Below, piece by piece: positions 37,772-48,696 of a stretch of 64,000 nucleotides of DNA. The stretch comes from Candidatus Thalassarchaeum sp. GTDB taxonomy: Archaea > Thermoplasmatota > Poseidoniia > Poseidoniales > Thalassarchaeaceae. The position numbers and the translations under genes are program-made. Under the pieces are notes generated by a model, which searched no databases, had not been told where the DNA came from, and worked only from the letters and a program-made list of their open reading frames with translations. The stretch lies in the NCBI GenBank assembly GCA_016777225.1, contig JADHRW010000002.1:193284-257283 (forward strand), written 5' to 3'. How positions within the stretch are numbered: position 1 is the first letter of the stretch; every line of letters starts with the position of its first letter.

Positions 37772-38413
37772 TTAATGACACGCAACACCATATTTTTTCA
37801 ATCTCCAATAATTATATGGCCAAGGAGTAAGGAATCCTGCAATTAACATGGGCACTATTACCCACCAGGTAAGTTTTGCACCACCCGTCAAAACTAAATC
37901 TACGACATTCATTGCAGCCTCCATAGAGATCATAGAAATTAATGACATCCCAACTGCTACCTTGAAAGCCTCTTTCAAGGCCATTTGAGCCGACAATATC
38001 GCAGTCTCAAGTGCAATAGAAGTCATAATTCCATTAAACATAGCCAGCGCCATAATCATCATAGGAGTCCAGCCTGAATCAGTAAATACAAATTGGAATG
38101 CTGCAATAGTGCCAAAATCACCAATACTACAACCAACTAAACACCACTTTGTATTGTGGGCTGATTGTTTCCAAACACTACTATCGCGCCAATTAAATTC
38201 TTCACCCTTACCATCAACTGTATAGCCTATCGACTGGATAATTGAGGTCATTGAATTTATAGATACATTATCATATTGAATGATAGCCATTCCAGATTCA
38301 TGAGAAACTTCCGCAGAGTGAACTCCAATGATTTCTTCAAGAGCATTTCTGACACTATCAGAGCAACCGGTACAGGTCATTCCACCTACTTCTAATGAAA
38401 CAGCCTCAGACAT
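37772..38413 (-). CDS. heavy-metal-associated (HMA) domain fused to a 4-TM membrane domain (DUF4396-like)
   Basis: The N-terminal GMTCTGCSDSV motif is a metallochaperone signature. The C-terminal two thirds are hydrophobic. Confidence 0.6.
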   Translation of the reverse strand: MSEAVSLEVGGMTCTGCSDSVRNALEEIIGVHSAEVSHESGMAIIQYDNVSINSMTSIIQSIGYTVDGKGEEFNWRDSSVWKQSAHNTKWCLVGCSIGDFGTIAAFQFVFTDSGWTPMMIMALAMFNGIMTSIALETAILSAQMALKEAFKVAVGMSLISMISMEAAMNVVDLVLTGGAKLTWWVIVPMLIAGFLTPWPYNYWRLKKYGVACH

Positions 38414-38516
38414 CTATATGTTCCACTAGGCACTACCTTTTGAAGGCGTGGTTTTTGGTAATTCAGTTCCATCTTGATTAGTCACGTTCAAGAAAGCATA
38501 TCCAGTCGGTATCTAT

Positions 38517-41500
38517 ATGACCGTACCCAAGACAGCTGGTGAACTAGACCCAGTATCTCTTGAGACCTCTTTAATTGAATTATGGAATAATGAGAAAACA
38601 TTCACTAAATCAATTGAAAATCGAAGAGATGGAGAATCACCCTTTACTTTTCTTGAGGGGCCACCGACAGCAAATGGGAAACCAGGAATTCATCATGTTA
38701 TATCTCGACTTTACAAAGATATGGTCTGTAGATGGAAAACTATGGAAGGACATATTGTTGAAAGAAAAGCCGGATGGGATACGCATGGTTTACCAGTAGA
38801 AATTGAAGTGCAAAAGCAATTAGATTTAATGTCTAATGAGGCCATAGAAGCATATGGAATGGAGGCTTTTAATCAGAAATGTAAAGAAAGTGTTTGGACT
38901 TATGAACAGGCATGGAGAGAAATGACAGAAAGAATGGGATTTTGGGTAGATATGGATGACCCTTATGTAACACTTCATGATAATTATATAGAATCCGCTT
39001 GGTGGTCATTAAAGCAAATGTTTGACAAAGGCCTTTTATTTAGAGGACATAAAGTATTACCATATTGTCCTCAAACAGGAACCAGTTATTCGAGTCATGA
39101 GGTAGCACAAGGATACAAAGAAGTCTCTGAACCTGCAGTTTTTGTTAAATTTAAACTTGAAGATAGTAATTCTTCAATTTTAGCTTGGACTACAACACCT
39201 TGGACATTACCTGGAAATGTCGGTTTAGCAGTCGGACCAGAAGTAACCTACTGTCGTGTCAAAGTGACAGCTGAACCATCAAGTTCTTGGAATGGCAGAG
39301 GAGGCGCTATTTTAGATGAAGAACTAATTTTAGCCAAGGACTTAATAGGAAATGTTCTACGTCATAAGATGGAAATCATAGAAGAATTTACTGGCTCAGA
39401 ATTAATTGGTAAATCATATGAACCATTATTCCCAGGCGCTATAGATGGAAATAACTCCAAAGCATGGACAGTTGTTGGAGCTGATTTCGTTACAACCAGT
39501 GATGGAACAGGAGTTGTACATACAGCGGTAATGTATGGAGAAGATGACTATAATCTCGGTATGAAAGAAGGTTTTCCAGCACAACATACAGTAGGAATTG
39601 ATGGGAAATTCATAAAGGGAACACATACAAAACTAGACGGTAGATACGTTAAGGAATGTGACTCAGATATTATTGATTTGTTGAGTTCAAATAACCAATT
39701 ATATCGAGAACATATTTACACTCACGATTACCCACACTGTTGGAGAACTGATCATCCATTATTGTACTACGCAATGGATAGTTGGTTCGTAAAAATGACC
39801 GCTGTTCGAGAACAAATTCTTGAATATAATTCAGAAGTAGAATGGGCACCAGAATGGACAGGTTCGAAGAGGATGGGTGAATGGCTATCGAATATCAAAG
39901 ATTGGGCTATTAGTCGTGAAAGATATTGGGGGACGCCTATCCCCGTTTGGATATGTCCTGATTGCCAACATGAACATTGTATTGGAAGCATAGAAGAAAT
40001 GATTTCTATGAAAACTAATGATTCCCCTACACCTCCTGAATTACATCGCCCATATGTGGATGATGTAAAATTAAATTGTAGTAACCAAGACTGTTCTGGA
40101 GAGATGATTAGAGAACCATATGTCATGGATTGTTGGTTTGATTCTGGATGCGCATCATTTGCACAATGGCATTATCCATTTGAGAATAAAGAAAAATTCG
40201 AAGGTGTTTTTCCTGTTGATTATATCTGCGAGGCAGTAGATCAAACAAGAGGTTGGTTCTATTCATTACTTGCAGTTTCAACAACTGTTTTCGATAATGT
40301 TGCATACAAAAGATGTCTTTCATTAGGACATATACTGGACAAAGACGGTAAGAAAATGAGTAAATCTAGAGGTAATGTAGTTAATCCATGGGATCACTTC
40401 AACAAAGAAGGTTCAGATTCAATTAGATGGTACATGATGACACAAAGTGCCCCTTGGACCCCTACTAACTTTGATCCAAATGGGGTAAGAGAATCTTATG
40501 CTAAGATGTTCTTGACATTGTGGAATGTGCATCGTTTTTATTCCGATTATGCATCTCTTGATGGCTTCGACCCTGAAGATAGTTCAGCCCATATTGCCGT
40601 AAATGATAGAAGTCCTCTAGATAAATGGGTACTTTCACGAATGGCGACGGTTGCTGAAACTTATCACGATAACTTTGTATTATGGGATTTCCATAAAGCA
40701 GGTAGAGTGTTAGAGAATTTTGTAATAAATGATTTATCAAACTGGTATGTAAGGAGATCTAGAAGAAGACTATGGAATGAAGACGATAGTAATGACAAGA
40801 GAGCTTGTCAACATACTTTGCATGAAGTTCTACTAACAGTTTGTCGCTTAATGGCTCCTGTAGCACCTTTCATACCTGATCAGATTCATAGAGATTTGGC
40901 AGGGACTTCAGTTCATCTAGCGGATTGGCCAGTAGGTTCCTCGTTAGTATCCAGTAACTTACCACCTCAGAACTGGGTATTAGAACAAGAAATGGCATTA
41001 GTGAGGAAATTAGCTGAAACTGGAAGAAGAGTTCGAGTAGATGCTGGAAGAAGGCAGAGATTGCCATGTAAATCTGGTTGGATTGTTGGTGGACCAGATA
41101 TTTCTGAATTCCATGATATCTTGGCAGAAGAGCTAAATGTAGAGTTACTAACTACAGAGGAAGATTTAGACCGATTTCAAAAAATTGAAATTGCACCAAA
41201 TCGTAAAGCACTTGGTAAAAAATGTAGACAAGATTTACCTGCGGTATTAAGTTTACTTGAAGATGCAGACCCCGATAATATTCTACTTGAAATCGAAGCA
41301 GAGATTTGTATCCTAGAAGGCTATGATATTACTATGGAAGATATAGAGATTCGGAGAGTAGAGAAAGAAGGTTATGCTGCTGCAACTATTTCTGTAGATG
41401 AGATTGGAGATGTATCTCTAGTTTTGGATATGAGACTAAATGACGAGTTATTATCTAAAGGATTGGCAAGAGATATCATTAGGCATGTCCAAGCAAAAAG

Positions 41501-41708
41501 AAAAGAGATAAATCTTGATGTAGAATCATCAATAAGACTCGATGTATGCATAGATGGTCTCGATTTATTTATGGATGATTGGAATCATATACTGACTGAA
41601 ACAAGAGCAGGTTTGGCAACCCTTAATGAAGAAAATATTACAGATAATTCTGACTTTTTTGAAGTAGATGGGAGTAAAGTTAAATTTACTGTAAGTCAAC
41701 TAGAATAA
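38517..41708 (+). CDS. ileS: isoleucyl-tRNA synthetase
   Basis: A HIGH-type motif (PTANGKPGIHHV), KMSKS and an editing domain are present. The length is 1063 aa. Confidence 0.95.
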   Translation: MTVPKTAGELDPVSLETSLIELWNNEKTFTKSIENRRDGESPFTFLEGPPTANGKPGIHHVISRLYKDMVCRWKTMEGHIVERKAGWDTHGLPVEIEVQKQLDLMSNEAIEAYGMEAFNQKCKESVWTYEQAWREMTERMGFWVDMDDPYVTLHDNYIESAWWSLKQMFDKGLLFRGHKVLPYCPQTGTSYSSHEVAQGYKEVSEPAVFVKFKLEDSNSSILAWTTTPWTLPGNVGLAVGPEVTYCRVKVTAEPSSSWNGRGGAILDEELILAKDLIGNVLRHKMEIIEEFTGSELIGKSYEPLFPGAIDGNNSKAWTVVGADFVTTSDGTGVVHTAVMYGEDDYNLGMKEGFPAQHTVGIDGKFIKGTHTKLDGRYVKECDSDIIDLLSSNNQLYREHIYTHDYPHCWRTDHPLLYYAMDSWFVKMTAVREQILEYNSEVEWAPEWTGSKRMGEWLSNIKDWAISRERYWGTPIPVWICPDCQHEHCIGSIEEMISMKTNDSPTPPELHRPYVDDVKLNCSNQDCSGEMIREPYVMDCWFDSGCASFAQWHYPFENKEKFEGVFPVDYICEAVDQTRGWFYSLLAVSTTVFDNVAYKRCLSLGHILDKDGKKMSKSRGNVVNPWDHFNKEGSDSIRWYMMTQSAPWTPTNFDPNGVRESYAKMFLTLWNVHRFYSDYASLDGFDPEDSSAHIAVNDRSPLDKWVLSRMATVAETYHDNFVLWDFHKAGRVLENFVINDLSNWYVRRSRRRLWNEDDSNDKRACQHTLHEVLLTVCRLMAPVAPFIPDQIHRDLAGTSVHLADWPVGSSLVSSNLPPQNWVLEQEMALVRKLAETGRRVRVDAGRRQRLPCKSGWIVGGPDISEFHDILAEELNVELLTTEEDLDRFQKIEIAPNRKALGKKCRQDLPAVLSLLEDADPDNILLEIEAEICILEGYDITMEDIEIRRVEKEGYAAATISVDEIGDVSLVLDMRLNDELLSKGLARDIIRHVQAKRKEINLDVESSIRLDVCIDGLDLFMDDWNHILTETRAGLATLNEENITDNSDFFEVDGSKVKFTVSQLE

Positions 41709-41734
41709 TCTCTATTTCACATGAATTTCAATTG

Positions 41735-43240
41735 TTAAAATATAATACTCATTCCGTAATCAATAGGAAGAAGCATTTCAACTGCAAATAATGGGTCTGG
41801 ATCTGATGAATCATGATATGCAATGAAAGAACCACCATCAGGGAGTATACCCATACTAGCAAAATCAAATCGAATATCTGCTCCAGCACCTGATGTAGAA
41901 TCTAAATCACCTTGACCAATATATGTCATAGAATCAGGGATTATACTTTCTGAGAATCCTCTTACATGCCAAGCAACATCTACATCTGGTCCAGATGAAC
42001 TTTGATATCTTACATTAAGGACAAAAAGATCATGTGCACCATTTGAATGATACTCCCATTCTTCAATTGAACTAGCAGAATCAGACAAATCATAGGAATT
42101 ATTTTCCCAATTTTCACCACCATCCCACGATAACAAATGAGATACTAGAGTACCTTCAGCTATCAGACAGTGTAATGCTCCAGATGAGTCAAAAGAACAA
42201 TACTCAGAAGGAAGAGATGACCCATTCTCATTAGTTGCAGACCACCAATTAAGAGAGGTGTCTAAGAAAGCATCAGTTCCATCTATGAAATAATTAGGGA
42301 AGTAAAGTCCTCCAGAGGGAACGGGGAATGAACGCATTTCTTTATGCGGTTTGGTAAAATCCCATTCAGGACCTAAATCTGAAGATTTCAGATTAACTTC
42401 TATACTATCTAGAGTTCCATCTCTATCAGGGAAGGGAAAGTAGTCATAGTTTAAGCCATCAGTAGAAATTTGGCCACCTACATTCTGTACTTGATGCCAG
42501 AAATTAGATATTACTAGGCTAGCATAATCGCCGTTTCCATAGATACCACCATTAATTGGGCCTATTACTTCAACTTGCCATGAGCGATCATAAAATGGTT
42601 CAGGTGTTCGATTAAAACACCAACTCCACTCCTCATCTTCTGCATCATAGAGAAATGCATAGAATTGATCTGCACCACTAGCGCTAGGATAAGGGAACCA
42701 TCCCATAGAAATCAAATCACCATTAGTAGCCTGAACTATACTACCTTCACCGAGCCCCTCTTGACCTGGTAATGTTGGTTTAGGCTCTAGACAACCAATT
42801 TGAGAGAATATTGAAGGCAGATATTCTTGCCAAGTGTGTCCTCTATCTTCAGACCAAGTTGGATATTCACCTCCAAAATTAACTATCCAACCTTCTTTAG
42901 TTCCTGCAAGATAATGTTCACAACAATTGCCCCCTTCTTCATTTCCAAACACAGCCCATGAAGCATTCCCCCAAGTATCATTAGAAAATGGAGAGCTTAC
43001 TATGAAATCTCTAGAGTCGTCATGAGTTGATGGATCATCAACATAAATCATTTCTTTGTCCCAATCTATTTCCCCTTCCATTTCTGATTCGACTACTTCC
43101 AAACACCCCGCCATTACAGTAGTAGATACTATCAGTATAACAAACAAGGTTTGAACGACGGATAGGTCAGACACAATACTATGCGGTATGGAGAGACTTA
43201 TCGGTGCTTCGCTATTAATTCTCAAAAAAATTATTCCCAA
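41735..43240 (-). CDS. secreted lipoprotein with BNR/Asp-box repeats (sialidase-like beta-propeller)
   Basis: A lipobox VMAGC follows the signal anchor. Asp-box motifs are SEDRGHTW and SWDGGENW. Confidence 0.5.
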   Translation of the reverse strand: MGIIFLRINSEAPISLSIPHSIVSDLSVVQTLFVILIVSTTVMAGCLEVVESEMEGEIDWDKEMIYVDDPSTHDDSRDFIVSSPFSNDTWGNASWAVFGNEEGGNCCEHYLAGTKEGWIVNFGGEYPTWSEDRGHTWQEYLPSIFSQIGCLEPKPTLPGQEGLGEGSIVQATNGDLISMGWFPYPSASGADQFYAFLYDAEDEEWSWCFNRTPEPFYDRSWQVEVIGPINGGIYGNGDYASLVISNFWHQVQNVGGQISTDGLNYDYFPFPDRDGTLDSIEVNLKSSDLGPEWDFTKPHKEMRSFPVPSGGLYFPNYFIDGTDAFLDTSLNWWSATNENGSSLPSEYCSFDSSGALHCLIAEGTLVSHLLSWDGGENWENNSYDLSDSASSIEEWEYHSNGAHDLFVLNVRYQSSSGPDVDVAWHVRGFSESIIPDSMTYIGQGDLDSTSGAGADIRFDFASMGILPDGGSFIAYHDSSDPDPLFAVEMLLPIDYGMSIIF

Positions 43241-43248
43241 AAATACTG

Positions 43249-44688
43249 TTATTTTAATTTCCAGATAGGGCCATTCGGGGAGTCTTCAACTACTACACCA
43301 ATATGATTTAACTTATCTCGAATTTGATCAGCATTATCCCAATCTTTGTTATTTCGTGCTATTTGTCTCTGTTCAATTAAATCCATCACTTGGTCATGAA
43401 TTTTCATTTTTTCGTTTTCGACATCTAAGATGTTTTTTCTTATCACTTCATCATCAGGTAATATTCCTAAGACTTTTCCAGCAAATTCCGATAACCAAGA
43501 AACGCATGCTGAAATTTCATCTTCTAAATTAGAATCTAATTTTTCTCTTAGATACTTAACTACTGTTTGGACTTCAACTATTGCTACTCGAGTGTTAAAA
43601 TCATCATTCATACCATTAGAGAATTCTAATTCGGCTTGCTGTAAAAAACTAGAGTTTTTCCAATTAGTCTTACCGTAGTTTGAAAGAGCTTCTCCATATG
43701 TTGCAAGTAACTTACGATAATGGCTAGATGAATCTTGGAGCATTACATCATTGAATTCAACTGGTTGCCTATATGGTGCATTGATTAAGCAATACCTTAA
43801 TTCTAAAGGATGGACCTTAGAAATAGCATCTCTAATCGTCCAAAAATTACCTAATGATTTACTCATTTTTTCACCATCAACATTAATCATTCCATTATGT
43901 ATCCAGTATTGCACAACTGGATCATGATTTAAGCAACATTCTGACTGAAAGATTTCGGCTTCATGATGAGGGAACATTAAATCAGAACCACCACCGTGTA
44001 TATCGAATTTTTCGCCAAGGTGTTGCAAAGACATTACTGAACATTCAATATGCCAACCAGGTCGACCATCTCCCCAAGGACTTGACCAATATGGTTCACC
44101 GGGTTTAGCTATTTTCCATAATGCGAAATCTCTATGATTTTTTTTTCCTGTACCAGTTTCTGAAACTCTTCCTCCAGCACCTTCTCTAACCATTTCCAAT
44201 GTTTGGCCAGTCAACTGACCATATTTTTCAGGTGCAGTATTAATTTCAAAATATACACCGTCATGTGAAGAATAGGCATTGCCATTTTCAATTAACTTGG
44301 CGATCATATCAATAATTTCAGGTATAGTTTCAGTAACCCTTGGATAAGAATCTGCACGATTGACATTAAGTAAATCCATAACTTCAAAATAATCATCTAT
44401 ATTCCTATTAGCTACATCAAGAAAATCTATATTTTCTTCATTGGCAATACGTATTATTTTATCATCAATATCAGTGAAATTTGTGATATGATTAACTAAA
44501 AAACCGCTCTTTCTAAGCCATCTGACTATTATATCGAAAGCAATTGCTTGACGTGCGTGTCCGATGTGGCTAGGAGAATAAGGAGTTATTCCACAAACAT
44601 AAATTCCAACCTCTCCTTCAACTAATGTCTCCAAGATTCTCTTACTACGAGAACGGGTATCATAGAGTCTCAGCGCCATACCTATCAA
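43249..44688 (-). CDS. cysS: cysteinyl-tRNA synthetase
   Basis: Motifs are CGITPYSPSHIGHAR, KMSKSLGN and WHIECS (zinc site). The probable start is MALRLYDT at 44679. Confidence 0.93.
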   Translation of the reverse strand: MIGMALRLYDTRSRSKRILETLVEGEVGIYVCGITPYSPSHIGHARQAIAFDIIVRWLRKSGFLVNHITNFTDIDDKIIRIANEENIDFLDVANRNIDDYFEVMDLLNVNRADSYPRVTETIPEIIDMIAKLIENGNAYSSHDGVYFEINTAPEKYGQLTGQTLEMVREGAGGRVSETGTGKKNHRDFALWKIAKPGEPYWSSPWGDGRPGWHIECSVMSLQHLGEKFDIHGGGSDLMFPHHEAEIFQSECCLNHDPVVQYWIHNGMINVDGEKMSKSLGNFWTIRDAISKVHPLELRYCLINAPYRQPVEFNDVMLQDSSSHYRKLLATYGEALSNYGKTNWKNSSFLQQAELEFSNGMNDDFNTRVAIVEVQTVVKYLREKLDSNLEDEISACVSWLSEFAGKVLGILPDDEVIRKNILDVENEKMKIHDQVMDLIEQRQIARNNKDWDNADQIRDKLNHIGVVVEDSPNGPIWKLK

Positions 44689-44703
44689 ATGATGGTGAAC
44701 GTA

Positions 44704-45411
44704 TTACAGTGATGAACCTCGCGCTGATTCTATGAAAGCGCGATACAAACTTGTATGTTTGATACGTTCAGGATGCCATTGAACACCTATGCAAAATTTA
44801 AGCCCTTCGATTTCAACTGCTTCAATTAGATTATCATGACTAGAATATGCCGAAATTGATAAATTACCTGCATTAAAAACTCCTTGATGATGAGTCGAAT
44901 TAGCATTAATGTGAGTTCCCATAATTTGTTGTAATTTTGTACCTTCTATGACATCTACACCGTGTTCAGTAACTTCACCATCCCATCCTCCATGATTTTC
45001 ATATCCTTCTGTTTCGGGTAAATGTTGATATAACTCGCCTCCATAAATAGTACAAAGTAATTGGAATCCACGACAGATGCATAATAATGGAATATTTTTC
45101 TCGATAGCGGACTTAATTAATGCTATTTCAGAGGTGTCTTGCTCTGGATAAATTTCTTTAGTGTGGGGACCATTTTCTTGACCATATAATCTGGGATCAA
45201 TATCAGGCCCTCCTGAAATCAACAATCCATCAATTCTATGTATTACTTCGGAACTACAACCCGGTGGGATTAGTAAAGGAATACCTCCACATTGAATAAT
45301 CATTTTATGATAAGTAGTAGGTAATACTACAGCATCTAAATCCCAATTCGCCCATTTCGTTGGTCTAGATGGACAAGTAATGCCAATTACTGGACTAGTC
45401 ACATCAGACAT
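44704..45411 (-). CDS. class I glutamine amidotransferase, peptidase C26 / PuuD-like gamma-glutamyl hydrolase
   Basis: Motifs are IGIT..., the nucleophile motif LLCICRGFQLL, and HHQ and WHPE. Confidence 0.75.
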   Translation of the reverse strand: MSDVTSPVIGITCPSRPTKWANWDLDAVVLPTTYHKMIIQCGGIPLLIPPGCSSEVIHRIDGLLISGGPDIDPRLYGQENGPHTKEIYPEQDTSEIALIKSAIEKNIPLLCICRGFQLLCTIYGGELYQHLPETEGYENHGGWDGEVTEHGVDVIEGTKLQQIMGTHINANSTHHQGVFNAGNLSISAYSSHDNLIEAVEIEGLKFCIGVQWHPERIKHTSLYRAFIESARGSSL

Positions 45412-45450
45412 ATTAATCGGAATAAGGCCTGATTAATAATCAATTGTACA

Positions 45451-46137
45451 TTATTGCATAGATGCCTGAATTAGTCCTTCAAATATTGAATTTTGTTTCA
45501 GCATCTCAGGATGCCACTGAGTTGAGATGAGAAAAGGGTATTCGTTCAATTCAACCGCTTCAATTAAACCATCTAAACTTCGACCTACTATTTTCAAGTC
45601 ACCTGCCTCGTAAACACCTTGATGATGACCAGAATTTCCAATTATTTCATTTCCCAATAATTCTGAAGTTAAAGAATTTTTTTCTATTTTTACAATATGA
45701 TCTGACCATTCACCGCCAGTGGCACCATGTTCTTCAAATCCTTTAGTAGTAGGAAGATCTTGGTGTAATTTACCACCTCGGATAACACATAATAATTGAT
45801 GCCCTCGACAAATACATAGAAGTGGTATTTCTCTATCTATTGCACCTTCAATTAGAGATTTTTCCCATTTATCCTGTGAATCCCTGAAATCAACGGTTTT
45901 TTCATGAGGAGCTTCCCCATATAAATTTGGATTTATATCTCGACCACCGGAAATTACTAAGCCATCTAAACAATCTAATAATTCATCAACATCATCACAT
46001 TCAGAAAGTAAGAGAGGAATGCCACCTGCATTCTTAACTGCACTCGGATAATTGCTAGGAAGCATAACTACAGATTGATTGGATACCTCGTAGTCTCTAG
46101 AATTTACGGAAGTTGTTATGCCGATTAATGGACTCAT
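45451..46137 (-). CDS. class I glutamine amidotransferase, peptidase C26 / PuuD-like (tandem paralogue)
   Basis: Motifs are LLCICRGHQLL, HHQ and WHPE. It is collinear with the neighbouring paralogue. Confidence 0.75.
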   Translation of the reverse strand: MSPLIGITTSVNSRDYEVSNQSVVMLPSNYPSAVKNAGGIPLLLSECDDVDELLDCLDGLVISGGRDINPNLYGEAPHEKTVDFRDSQDKWEKSLIEGAIDREIPLLCICRGHQLLCVIRGGKLHQDLPTTKGFEEHGATGGEWSDHIVKIEKNSLTSELLGNEIIGNSGHHQGVYEAGDLKIVGRSLDGLIEAVELNEYPFLISTQWHPEMLKQNSIFEGLIQASMQ

Positions 46138-46139
46138 AT

Positions 46140-46535
46140 TTACTCACCAAGAGCTTCCCTTGACTTTCTTGTATGCCTGAATGAAAGAATACCTGCAACC
46201 ATAAAAATAGTTCCAACTATGATTAAAATTCCATGAGATAATAATGTCAAATTACTTGCATCAGACCATATAGAAAAAATACGCATTCCACCTAACACTG
46301 AAACTAATGCAAAAACCATTGCTGCATGCATATAATGGTGCTTATTGGCTTTATTTTTATTTGAAAGAAAACCTAATATTAACAATGGGATACCAAAAAA
46401 AGAAGGAATCAGAGCAGTGAAACTACCTGTATCACTAATTAGATAAGATGCGATTCCAGATAGAATAAGAATCCCTCCACATACCATGGCAAAATTTGTA
46501 ACTGGCATACTAAGAAATTTGAATTCATTACTCAT
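46140..46535 (-). CDS. small 4-TM membrane protein
   Basis: The hydrophobic profile supports it. I prefer the internal ATG (MSNEFKF), which avoids a 44-nt overlap with the upstream gene. Confidence 0.45.
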   Translation of the reverse strand: MSNEFKFLSMPVTNFAMVCGGILILSGIASYLISDTGSFTALIPSFFGIPLLILGFLSNKNKANKHHYMHAAMVFALVSVLGGMRIFSIWSDASNLTLLSHGILIIVGTIFMVAGILSFRHTRKSREALGE

Positions 46536-46569
46536 GATTAACCGAAAGAGATGGAGTTTAAGACGATAT

Positions 46570-48576
46570 TTATGATTCCGCTTCCAAACTAACTGATGCA
46601 TGAATTGCTTCATCTCTAGCCACTATTTGCTCCCAGAGTAATTCCGCAACATCTTTGACATCCATTTCAGAACCAACAGTATCAAGCCCATCTTTAACCA
46701 TTACAGAGCAGAAAGGGCACCCTATTGCAACTGTATCGCAACCAGTTGCTGCAATTTCTTCTGCACGAATCTTATTTACACGCTTATCTGAATCCTCTTC
46801 CATCCACATTTGAGCGCCACCCGCTCCACAACAGAAAGAATCTTTGCCATGTCTTTCAACTTCAACATCAATTCCTCCAAGTACAGAACGAGGTTCGTCA
46901 ATTATATCACCTATTCGGCCAAGATAACAAGGGTCATGATAAGTTATACTTGTACCCTCTTTGTCAAATTCAGGTAATTTCCCTTCTTCTTGTAATTTTG
47001 CCATAATCTCAGTATGGTGAAATACTTCTAATTCATCAGCTCCATAATCTGCATATTCCTTACCTAATGTATGGAAACAATGAGGACAGGATGCAACTAT
47101 TCTCTTCACTCCTAATTCTTGAAAAGTCGTGATATTTGTTTCAGCCAACATTTGGAATAAGTATTCATTACCAGCTCTTCGTGCAGGGTCTCCAGAGCAT
47201 CCCTCTTGCATTCCAAGGATACCAACATCTAAGCCTGCTTCTTTCATTAGAGAAATGGTTGCACGAGCTACTTTCTGATTTCTCTCATCGAAACTTGCTG
47301 CACATCCCACGAAGTAAATGTACTCTGCGGGTTGCCCTACTTTAACATCTAAATCTGAAGCCCAGTCTGCTCTTTCATGTGGTCCAAAACCATATGGATT
47401 TGATGCAGATTCTAAATTTCCCATAGCAACATTTAGTTCTTCTGGATATTCCATAGTTTCCATCATTGCATTTCTTCTTAGTTCAGTTAATTTAGGTACA
47501 TGTTCAATGTAAAGAGGACATATATCTACACATGCATTACAAGTTGTACAAGCCCAAACTGCCTCACTAGTTATCCTTGCCAGCATAGTTTCTTCAGGAT
47601 TTTCACCTTTCAATAAGATCGGAGCATATTCATTAGCATAGTTCCTCACATCATGAATCACTTGCATAGGGTTCAACCCTTTACCTGACTCATATGCAGG
47701 ACAAACATCTTGACATCTTGCACATGAAGTACATGACCATCCATCAATAATTTGCCTCCAAGTATACTGATCAAAGGTGCTAACTCCAAAGGAATCAATA
47801 TCTAGGTCTTCTAGAGGCACTGCTTTTCCATCATCTCCTATTGCGAGAGGCCTCATTTTACCAAGTGCTTGAGTATCGTGGAAAAAGACATTTGGTATTG
47901 CCATGACTAAGTGCATGTGCTTGGAAACTGGGATTAATATCAAGAAACAACAAATTGCAACCATATGTGCCCAATAAGATGCTATTATGAAAGTTGACGA
48001 TAACCCAAGACCAGATACCCAAAAACCAAAAGGTTCCCAAAATGATGAAGGGTTCTCAGAGGACTCAATTATGAATGATGTAGAAGTAATTGTTAAAATT
48101 AATACTAATATAAAATTTCCCTCTAATTGAGATTTCCCCTTAAGTTTTACAGGAGTAAATACAACTCTCCTGATAAGAGCCGCAAGAGCCCCCAATAGTG
48201 CAGTAGTATAACCTAATTCTACAATTCCATTCCAAGGATTATTGAGAAATGATGGTAAAAGGTGTTCTGAAAAATAATTTGCACTCGCTAGATCTAGCAT
48301 ATCGCTTCCAAGCATTAGGAAACCCCAGAACATTAAGACGTGCATAGTACCTGCAACTTTGTCTCTGAGAACTTTTTTCTGCCCGAGCCAACCAACTAGC
48401 ATTTCTTTAATTCTTAAACCCCATGAATCAAAACGATTGTCTGGTGCACCTAGCATAACTAGCCTAGTTGCTTTAATAACTTGATATGAGAAAAATGATA
48501 TGGATAAACCGCCCATAATTAGAAGGATAATCCACCCTTCTACTGGGCCATATTGTATTTCTAAAGGATGTTTCAT
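46570..48576 (-). CDS. membrane-bound Fe-S oxidoreductase: NarI/HdrE-like TM domain fused to an HdrD/GlpC-like 2x[4Fe-4S] plus 2xCCG module
   Basis: The N-terminal ~250 aa has five or six helices. Two ferredoxin motifs follow (CTSCARCQDVCP and CTTCNACVDICP). Two CCG-type cysteine motifs follow (CPHC...DPCYL, FCCGAGG...GCPFC). Confidence 0.75.
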   Translation of the reverse strand: MKHPLEIQYGPVEGWIILLIMGGLSISFFSYQVIKATRLVMLGAPDNRFDSWGLRIKEMLVGWLGQKKVLRDKVAGTMHVLMFWGFLMLGSDMLDLASANYFSEHLLPSFLNNPWNGIVELGYTTALLGALAALIRRVVFTPVKLKGKSQLEGNFILVLILTITSTSFIIESSENPSSFWEPFGFWVSGLGLSSTFIIASYWAHMVAICCFLILIPVSKHMHLVMAIPNVFFHDTQALGKMRPLAIGDDGKAVPLEDLDIDSFGVSTFDQYTWRQIIDGWSCTSCARCQDVCPAYESGKGLNPMQVIHDVRNYANEYAPILLKGENPEETMLARITSEAVWACTTCNACVDICPLYIEHVPKLTELRRNAMMETMEYPEELNVAMGNLESASNPYGFGPHERADWASDLDVKVGQPAEYIYFVGCAASFDERNQKVARATISLMKEAGLDVGILGMQEGCSGDPARRAGNEYLFQMLAETNITTFQELGVKRIVASCPHCFHTLGKEYADYGADELEVFHHTEIMAKLQEEGKLPEFDKEGTSITYHDPCYLGRIGDIIDEPRSVLGGIDVEVERHGKDSFCCGAGGAQMWMEEDSDKRVNKIRAEEIAATGCDTVAIGCPFCSVMVKDGLDTVGSEMDVKDVAELLWEQIVARDEAIHASVSLEAES

Positions 48577-48696
48577 AATCTATTACACCTGACTTGACTA
48601 ACACCCTGATAAGCCTCGGAAGAGAAACTGCACTTTCAATTAACCGATTGATAACATATACCCAATGCTAATTTCCTATACCCATTACCGATAACC

